DNA of 34,332 nt from a candidate division WOR-3 bacterium (lineage in GTDB: Bacteria; SDB-A): positions 1 to 34,332 of the forward strand of contig JAFGSQ010000023.1 in the NCBI GenBank assembly GCA_016934535.1, in the 5' to 3' direction. How positions within the stretch are numbered: position 1 is the stretch's first letter; each line of letters begins with the position of its first letter. The position numbers and the translations under genes are program-made. Positions 28,032-34,332 of the stretch are shown one piece after another. The notes under the pieces were generated by a model. It was not told where the DNA came from, did no database searches, and saw only the letters and a list, made by a program, of their open reading frames with translations.

Positions 28032-28742
28032 TTGCCCAAGGATCTTCATCAAACGTATCTGTTGAAGAAAGCTTTGATATTCGACCTATTCCACACCCTT
28101 ATTTGTCTTGAAGACAGCGGAAGCGATTTCAGAGCGACTCACGAAATAATAGGAGTATCGCGTGATGATTGGGAGCGACAGTTGTTTTCCGACGTTGACG
28201 ACAAGTTGAAGGGAAAAGAAAAAAATCCGTTTAAAATCATGGAGAAAATGATCAGAGCCTTAAAACCGACAATAGAAAAAGAATATATTGAGACAGCTCT
28301 TGAGCACAGAAGGAGAAGGTTTGAAAAGGCTTTCAGGGAAGTTCCTGAAGTGACCATGAAGTCTTTGAAAATCTTCAAAGAGGGGGGAAAAAAAATCGGC
28401 TTGATTAGCAACGCCGATATCTTAGAAATGACTGGCTGGGAAGAATCGCCTTTGAAAAAATTCATAGATATCCCGATATTTTCCTGCCAAGTGGGTTATA
28501 TGAAACCTGAAAAAGAGATATACGAGTTGTGCATGAGGGAACTCGGTGTGAGCAAGGAAGAATGTCTGTTCATCGGAGACGGCGGGAGCCAAGAGCTTCA
28601 GGGTGCTGTGAACATGGGTATTGAAACTGTTATGATAACCGGTTTTATTGAAAAAAGATGGCCTCATCTTATAAATGAAAGAAAGAAACACGCCTGCTTC
28701 GTCATAAAAAATCTTGACGAACTGGCGTGCTTATCTGATTAG
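28032..28742 (+). CDS. HAD-superfamily hydrolase (subfamily IA)
   Basis: Motif I FDLFHTL, motif II ISNA, motif III MKP, motif IV GDGGSQE; AGGAG RBS before TTG. Confidence 0.92.
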   Translation: MPKDLHQTYLLKKALIFDLFHTLICLEDSGSDFRATHEIIGVSRDDWERQLFSDVDDKLKGKEKNPFKIMEKMIRALKPTIEKEYIETALEHRRRRFEKAFREVPEVTMKSLKIFKEGGKKIGLISNADILEMTGWEESPLKKFIDIPIFSCQVGYMKPEKEIYELCMRELGVSKEECLFIGDGGSQELQGAVNMGIETVMITGFIEKRWPHLINERKKHACFVIKNLDELACLSD

Positions 28743-28760
28743 CTAATATCTAACTCTTAG

Positions 28761-30278
28761 TCAGATAACCATGATTCTCGTTTTCAGGGGTATCTGTTCT
28801 GCCTGGTTTATTTCGAGGAAATAAATTCCGGAGGGAAGATTGTCGATTTCAATGGAATTAACTCCTTTGGTTCCTTGTATTTCGCCTGATTGTTGAACAG
28901 GTCTTCCTGTGATGTCGAAGATAACTGATTTGTAAATGCAGTCCAGGGGAAGGACCAGAAACACTGAAGAATTAGATCTGATGACTGAGGGGAAAACCCT
29001 AAAATCGCCAATGGGTATATTTTCTGGTGTTTCTTCGACACAGAGTGTCCATGGAGCGTCTATCCAGAGGTCATTTTCGAGGTAACCTGAATACATCACC
29101 GCGCTTCCTGAGCCAGTGGCTCCTGGTGAATAGCATATTTTGGGACTTGTCCCGTTTGGGATGTAATGACTGGGGTGGTCGTTTATAAAAGTCGTGTGAA
29201 AATTCCAGTGAACGTGATTTGATCCGGAGGCCCAACCCCAGAAGATCTTTGTGGAGTCGTTAGCCAGGTTGTGGTAGAGGTAGGTCATGTTTACATACAT
29301 GTTTCCGTAAGATTTATAAAATCTAAGGTCTGGACCGGATTCCATTTGAGATGAGACAGATATGCTGGTCTGGGCCCATCCGTAGTCAGCGCTGTCCGGA
29401 GTTTTAACAGAAGCGACGTAGACATCAAGGTCGTTTTGGTATAAATCGAACTCATAAGTGTAGGCGCACCATAACGCCGGATTGTTAGGGTCGTTGGAAC
29501 AGGCTATTCGGGGCTGGACACAGGCCTTGTTTTGGTCTGCTATGATGAATGTGTCCCCTATAGATCCGCCTGTGTTCGCGTCCCAAATTTGCCCATAAAG
29601 GTTCAAAGAGTCTCTTTCCTGCGATTGAACACTGGCAGACCAAGCCGTGTAGATTTCGTTTCTCGGCCCCCGGCATATAGAAACATCGGGATCAAAAGCT
29701 CTTCCCTGCGCGTTGATGAACCAAGTGCCATACCATGTAATTCCTCTGTTATCACTGTGTCTTATTTGCAGTTGTGAATCCTCACTCCAGAATATAACAG
29801 ATATAGTTGAATCTCCGTTATGTTCGTATAAAGTCGCGTCGAAACTGTTAGGCCATGCCCAAGCGTCAATCAATTCGCTTGATTGAAGGGTATGAGCCGT
29901 CAAGTTGTACCTCTGAACGCAGAGTCTGTTGAACATTCCGTTGAAGTTGAAGCAAAAGATGAAAAGGTAATCGTCCCCGAGTTCGCTGGAGAGAAGTTTC
30001 ATCCTTTCGTATTTACCCAATGATTGTATCGTGTCGAAAACATGCCAACTCCCTCCGTGGTTTGTCGATCTGTATAGAATTACAGGATAGCTGTCGGGAG
30101 ACATGACAACGGTGTCTTTTTGAACCGCAGCGAACATGGTCCCGTCCGATAAGTAGTCGCAGTCGAAAGAGGTTATCTCGCCCTGCATTATCCTGACGTC
30201 GTTTCCCCAATCCGATGACTGGGCGAAAAGCAGCGTTGAAAAAAAAGCCAAAAAGCAGAACACTTTTAAAAACCTCAT
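28761..30278 (-). CDS. Secreted Asp-box/beta-propeller-like protein with a T9SS type A-like C-terminal sorting domain
   Basis: Signal peptide MRFLKVFCFLAFFSTLLFA; Asp-boxes STNHGGSW and SDNRGITW; CTD VEE..VFPS..IFDITGR..LPSGIYFL..RIMVI. AAGGAG RBS favours ATG 30278. Confidence 0.85.
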   Translation of the reverse strand: MRFLKVFCFLAFFSTLLFAQSSDWGNDVRIMQGEITSFDCDYLSDGTMFAAVQKDTVVMSPDSYPVILYRSTNHGGSWHVFDTIQSLGKYERMKLLSSELGDDYLFIFCFNFNGMFNRLCVQRYNLTAHTLQSSELIDAWAWPNSFDATLYEHNGDSTISVIFWSEDSQLQIRHSDNRGITWYGTWFINAQGRAFDPDVSICRGPRNEIYTAWSASVQSQERDSLNLYGQIWDANTGGSIGDTFIIADQNKACVQPRIACSNDPNNPALWCAYTYEFDLYQNDLDVYVASVKTPDSADYGWAQTSISVSSQMESGPDLRFYKSYGNMYVNMTYLYHNLANDSTKIFWGWASGSNHVHWNFHTTFINDHPSHYIPNGTSPKICYSPGATGSGSAVMYSGYLENDLWIDAPWTLCVEETPENIPIGDFRVFPSVIRSNSSVFLVLPLDCIYKSVIFDITGRPVQQSGEIQGTKGVNSIEIDNLPSGIYFLEINQAEQIPLKTRIMVI

Positions 30279-30423
30279 ATTTTCTCCTTTCAAAATTTAA
30301 TACAATCATTGGCAAGAAATTATCGTATATATTTTCCGTAAATCAAACTGATATTATTATGGGTGATGATCTCGTCTTAAAGTGGTTATTTTGATGAAGA
30401 AAAGTATTTTAAAAATAATATAA

Positions 30424-31506
30424 TTAAGGCTCTGTTTCTTTTGTTGTTTCCGGATATTCAGATATCAGATCGAGTATTTCAGAGGGGGTGTCCTTCAGGA
30501 AAGGGGTGCTCCTATAAGCGGTTTCGATGAGAGCTCTGTTAGCCTCTATGGTGTATTTGGAGAACTTTTCGTTTACTTCGCCTTCAGAGGTTTCGTTTAT
30601 GTCCATAATAAGAACAGGTGTAGTCGCTGAAAAGTCTAATTCTTTTAAATCAATGGATTTGATTTCTTCGGATTGAGATGTGAAAAAATGAACTTTCATG
30701 TTTTCAAGGTCATAGACAATGCTCCACTTTGAGAAATCACCGTATTTAACACTTTTCAACAAGTTGAAAGCGAAGTCAATAACCGAAACGAAATTATCAG
30801 GGGAATAACCCTTCAATCTATTCATCAGGATACAAAAAGCCGCTAGTGAAAGGTCTTCCACTGAATCTTCATAAAACATGAGATTGTTCTCGTTGCCGAA
30901 CATACTCCCGTATGCCGTGAAATAATCCAGTGAGTATTTATAGATGTCGTTTGTAAGCGCTTTATGAGAACCCACCATATAGTCGTAGACAAGTTCTTTA
31001 TCTAAATATTCTACAGTCGCACAGGCACCGGTTTTATCGCAAACAAGAAAGTGAAGGGGCACAGACCCGGGATCAATACGTAAACTAAGGTCGCTGTTGA
31101 CCACTTCTTCGACAGTGCTGAAATTGTCGAGCTGGTATTGTATCCACTGAAGGTCATTCAGACAAGGCCTGTCGTCGGGATCAGGATACTCCGCTTCTTT
31201 AAGCCACAGGCAGGCAATGACCAACCCAGCTTAGTTTATTCCATCCATAGGAAACTCTCTGCCGTATAGATTGAAAGTGACGCTGCCGTATTTTGAAGTC
31301 CAGTGGGCGGGGTTCTCGTTTATAAAGGCTGTTTTTTCAATGCCCCTTTTGTTGACTATTACCAAGCCTTCACCGACCATCCAGTCGAAATTTCTACCGT
31401 AGATGAGTTCATTTTGGGACTTCAAGCAAAATGTTGAGCAAGCCTGCAATGCAGTGATTTTCAAAAAGCAGAATAAAATTACATTTTTGATAAATGTAGT
31501 TGACAT
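30424..31506 (-). pseudogene. Linear amide C-N hydrolase (choloylglycine hydrolase/penicillin V acylase family) interrupted by an in-frame TAA
   Basis: Signal peptide then CSTF (Cys1 nucleophile), GRNFDW, MDGIN*AGL, WIQYQLDN, LHFLVCD, ALTND and WSIVYD. The two ORF-track pieces are in one frame, separated only by TAA at 31231-31233. AAGGAG RBS before ATG 31506. Confidence 0.88.
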
Positions 31507-31526
31507 TGTCGTTCTCCTTACTTGAA

Positions 31527-32024
31527 TCACAAGTTATTTGAAAATTTTTCGAACCATTCCTCCAAAAAGGTCAGATGAGCGATGCCGTATTTCAATGTCT
31601 GAATAGAAAAAGGGTCGTTGTCATAATCCTCCATTTTTTTATCTAAACTTTTTAGTTCCGCAAGTTCTTTTTTCAAGCACTCCAGGAAGTTAACTGTCGT
31701 TTCAGCTCTGCTTTTTTTGTCTAATAATGAAAAGAAAAACATTTTCAAAAGAAATATTTGAGTTTTGCAGGATGGAGATCTCATCCAGTCGAGGAATGCT
31801 TCTCTTCCGGTAGGTTTTATATAATAGATATTTTTCAACCTTCCAGATTGGATTATTTGTCTGGCCTCGACTAATTTCATCTTTTCCAGCTTTTTAAAAG
31901 CCGGGTATATACTGCCGGGGCTTGTGTTGAAAATAAACTGAGTGCTCGATTCCATTTCTTTTTTAATCTGATAACCCGTCTTTTCACCCCCCATCAAAAA
32001 CCCCAAAATGATTTTTTCCTGCAT
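31527..32024 (-). CDS. PadR-family transcriptional regulator
   Basis: IILGFL..TGYQIK..SPGSIYPAFKKLE..KNIYYI..GREAF..W wHTH pattern plus C-terminal helices; GGAGG RBS. Confidence 0.93.
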   Translation of the reverse strand: MQEKIILGFLMGGEKTGYQIKKEMESSTQFIFNTSPGSIYPAFKKLEKMKLVEARQIIQSGRLKNIYYIKPTGREAFLDWMRSPSCKTQIFLLKMFFFSLLDKKSRAETTVNFLECLKKELAELKSLDKKMEDYDNDPFSIQTLKYGIAHLTFLEEWFEKFSNNL

Positions 32025-32049
32025 TCTTCCTCCGAATATAACAATATTA

Positions 32050-32070
32050 TATATATCAAATTGATATATA
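32050..32070. promoter_or_regulatory. Perfect inverted repeat TATATATCAA-A-TTGATATATA, candidate PadR operator
   Basis: 10-1-10 palindrome 26-46 nt upstream of the padR start, overlapping a minus-strand TATAAT (32051-32046). Confidence 0.7.
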
Positions 32071-32120
32071 ACATATTAAAATGATATTTGCAAGCCATTT
32101 GTTATGAAGATAATTGGAGA

Positions 32121-32630
32121 TTAATACTGATTACAAAAAAGAAACTTAAAAATATTCTCTCTCAATAATTTCAACCTCTCACTATCGATAAAGATGATCT
32201 TTGAGATCCACTTGCCGTTTATTCCATATGCAAATTCATAGGATACAGTTTCAACCAAGCCTCCATCAGGATTGTAAAACCTTTCTTCGACAAGAATTCT
32301 ATCTTCGCCAATGGTCGTGTAAGAATATTCAACTGACATAGTCAATATGTCTGAATTGAAAATTTCACGCCTTATTTTTCTCTCTTCTTCGTCGTAATAG
32401 TGGATGTATTTTTTTATTAGTCTTCCCGTGGACGAAAAGAAGTTGTCGTATTTTATGTCTTCTACTTTGTCGCCGTTGGAATCGAATATATTTCTGTATG
32501 AAAGTTTAAGAGAATCATTTGAATAGACACCATTTTGAATTGATACGGAATAATGCCTTTCCAAAATTTCATCGCAAGCTTTATCAAGAGAAAATAAATT
32601 CATAAAAAACGTAAAGAAAAGTATTTTAAT
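32121..32630 (-). CDS. Hypothetical protein with YD-repeat-like beta-hairpins; start uncertain (ATT 32630 or ATG 32603), possibly decaying
   Basis: FDSNGDKVE..Y, YYDEEERKI and FYNPDG..Y..YGINGKW repeats; the frame is open upstream of ATG 32603. Confidence 0.55.
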   Translation of the reverse strand: MKILFFTFFMNLFSLDKACDEILERHYSVSIQNGVYSNDSLKLSYRNIFDSNGDKVEDIKYDNFFSSTGRLIKKYIHYYDEEERKIRREIFNSDILTMSVEYSYTTIGEDRILVEERFYNPDGGLVETVSYEFAYGINGKWISKIIFIDSERLKLLRENIFKFLFCNQY

Positions 32631-32682
32631 ATTTTCTCTTTCAGCATTATAAGTTAAAATTTTTTCCCTCGTATCAACTATT

Positions 32683-32711
32683 GGAAAGAGGAGAGACTTT
32701 TCCGCCTCTCC
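32683..32711 (-). terminator. Intrinsic terminator candidate downstream of the large secreted-protein gene
   Basis: Minus strand GGAGAGGC-GGAAAA-GTCTCTCC (8 bp including one G-U) followed by TCTTTCC. A second hairpin, GGCTTC..GAAGCC, lies at 32745-32763. Confidence 0.55.
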
Positions 32712-32777
32712 CTAACAGAAAGGTTTGACTTCAATATCTTTATTGGCTTCGGCTTTTGAAGCCTCTATTAAATAATT

Positions 32778-34332
32778 TTACCTGACTACAACTATCTTGT
32801 TGGCGTCGGTGAAAGAACCGGCGACTATCCTGTAGAAATAAGTACCGGATGAGACCAAAGTTCCTCTCTCGTCCCTTCCGTCCCATTCCACCCTGTAGAC
32901 TCCGGGCCCCTGAACCGCGTTGACCAGCTCGGATACCTGTCTTCCCGATATGTCGTAGACAGCCAGTCTGACAGGAACCTCAGAACCAACGCTGTAGCCT
33001 ATGACAGCTCTGCCCCTGACCGGGTTCGGATACGCCCTCATGAGGGCAAACTGCACGACAGGACCATTGACTGGGTTTTCCTGCTCCTCTACCCCGAGTC
33101 CCGAGGCGATTCCCATATTTATGTCGTCGAAGAAATATCCCTCGTAGGCGACCACAGTAGTGCTCCCGAATTTCCAACCGAGCCTTATATTGCCCGTGAC
33201 ATTGAAAACAAGGTGCTGTTGATTCCACGGTGTACCCTGTCCTCCTGACCAGTATGGTTCTCCGGATGAAAATCCGTTGCCGGATCCGCCGTTCGTAGAA
33301 GTATATCCTTCCACGGTAGTGACCATCGTCCAGCTTGATCCGCCGTCTGTGCTTATCTGCAGCTGAACCCCGTCCCATGTCGCGAACATGTAATATCTGT
33401 GCCAGAAAGACATCGTGTCTCCGGCGTTTACGTATATTTCGGGAGAGACGGCTCTTGCGTTTACTATTCCGTTGGCGTGAACGCCTGTGGCTTCATCTCC
33501 GCAATAGACAGAGTGAGTCGGGCTGTGGGCGTCTCTTACGGATATGTGCCAGCTCGCGGGTCCTGTCCACGTCCAGTCGGCGGTGTCCTTGTCCTCGAAA
33601 TCTTCCACAAACACAAGATTTCCGATACCGACGTTGAAAGTGTCAACGAGCGTGCATCCGTCTGCGGACACCGCGTTGCAGACCATTTGAGCCGAATGAG
33701 GGTTCGGACAACTCGAACTGACGGTCATCGAGAACACGCCTTTCTGGAAGAAAGAGTCACCTGGCGCTATCGAGGCGACAGACTGGGTTGAATCCGTGAA
33801 TGTAATGTATGAGTCGAGGGACCTCATCTTTATAAGCACGTTGTGGGCGGTGCCGCTTCCGGTGTTGTAAAGCTTTATTCCAACAGGGACGACGTCGCCT
33901 GGCAGTATCATCGCTTGTCCGTAATAACCGCCGATTCCGAGAAGAGGAGAGTTGACGGTCAAGTTGAAATCGCTGCTCCATGTGCTGTCATTGGCGTCTT
34001 TGCAGACCAAAGTTACGGGTATTACTTGTCCGTCGGGAGTTCCCTGGTCTATGTCGAAGCCGAACGGCGAAGCTCCGACTACCGTGTCGTTTGCGTTGAC
34101 GGTGCCAAAGTTCACGGTGTCGGGATCAAGCGATATGTAGGGGTCTGAAGACGTCAGGTAGCCCGTCACTCCCGTTGCGTTTACGGTGCCGATGTTTGTC
34201 ACCGAGAGGGTCATGTCGTAGCTCTGTCCCGGATTTATCTGACCGTTGTTGTGCCCGCCTGTCAAACTTTCCAATCCCGCGTATACGATGTAAGAGCCTG
34301 TCGCGGGGAGAACTTGAACGGTGTCTATGTAG
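32778..34332 (-). CDS. Partial (5' end outside window) large secreted protein with Ig-like repeats, a jelly-roll/MAM-like domain and an FlgD/T9SS-type CTD; possibly the C-terminal part of a C25-peptidase-like protein
   Basis: Frame is open to the right edge (YIDTVQVLPATGSYIVY...). NNGQINPG..L.N.G Ig repeats; EDFE..W..WH..DG.Q..STDGG.SW..GYFFDDI; CTD GVEE..YPNP..YDISGR..WDGRDE.G..VSSGTYF. Confidence 0.88.
   Translation of the reverse strand, partial: YIDTVQVLPATGSYIVYAGLESLTGGHNNGQINPGQSYDMTLSVTNIGTVNATGVTGYLTSSDPYISLDPDTVNFGTVNANDTVVGASPFGFDIDQGTPDGQVIPVTLVCKDANDSTWSSDFNLTVNSPLLGIGGYYGQAMILPGDVVPVGIKLYNTGSGTAHNVLIKMRSLDSYITFTDSTQSVASIAPGDSFFQKGVFSMTVSSSCPNPHSAQMVCNAVSADGCTLVDTFNVGIGNLVFVEDFEDKDTADWTWTGPASWHISVRDAHSPTHSVYCGDEATGVHANGIVNARAVSPEIYVNAGDTMSFWHRYYMFATWDGVQLQISTDGGSSWTMVTTVEGYTSTNGGSGNGFSSGEPYWSGGQGTPWNQQHLVFNVTGNIRLGWKFGSTTVVAYEGYFFDDINMGIASGLGVEEQENPVNGPVVQFALMRAYPNPVRGRAVIGYSVGSEVPVRLAVYDISGRQVSELVNAVQGPGVYRVEWDGRDERGTLVSSGTYFYRIVAGSFTDANKIVVVR

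Noticed and set aside
31231..31233. Genome-wide stop-codon reassignment
   Set aside because: TAA, TAG and TGA each end conserved genes at expected lengths (hcp/hutU, glyS/metK, ptsH). Only one internal stop was seen.

Overview
A gene-dense chromosomal window read in the standard bacterial code (TAA, TAG and TGA all act as stops). Gene content suggests an anaerobic diderm, plausibly an FCB-related candidate lineage such as WOR-3; this is inference from class I HCP, two-subunit GlyRS, a sigma-54 regulator and T9SS/FlgD-type C-terminal sorting domains. Left to right: a truncated 7TM-DISM-like gene, hcp, a DUF6966-like gene, a hybrid histidine kinase, long-type hutU, cupin-glyQ-glyS, and a ~14 kb plus-strand run (pmbA/tldE, tldD, membrane protein, orphan MalK-type ATPase, ptsH, ptsI, PGI/PMI, nucleotidyltransferase, metK, sensor kinase plus NtrC-type regulator, rpmB, L,D-transpeptidase). 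These are followed by a MATE pump, a HAD hydrolase and a minus-strand block of mostly secreted proteins. I saw no rRNA, tRNA, CRISPR array or mobile element. The most notable oddities are: (i) a two-[14 protein letters not shown] module fused in frame to HCP, which keeps its own RBS and start; (ii) a PadR-linked Ntn amide hydrolase broken by one in-frame TAA and also lacking a conserved catalytic Arg, with a perfect 10-1-10 palindrome upstream of padR; (iii) a possible 24-codon mini transcription unit within a hairpin/CTTCGTG-repeat cluster downstream of hcp; (iv) an Enzyme I apparently missing part of its HPr-binding helix, in a PTS locus with no EII; (v) a probable ATT-initiated or decayed gene. 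All family assignments come from motif recognition by eye, not database searches.
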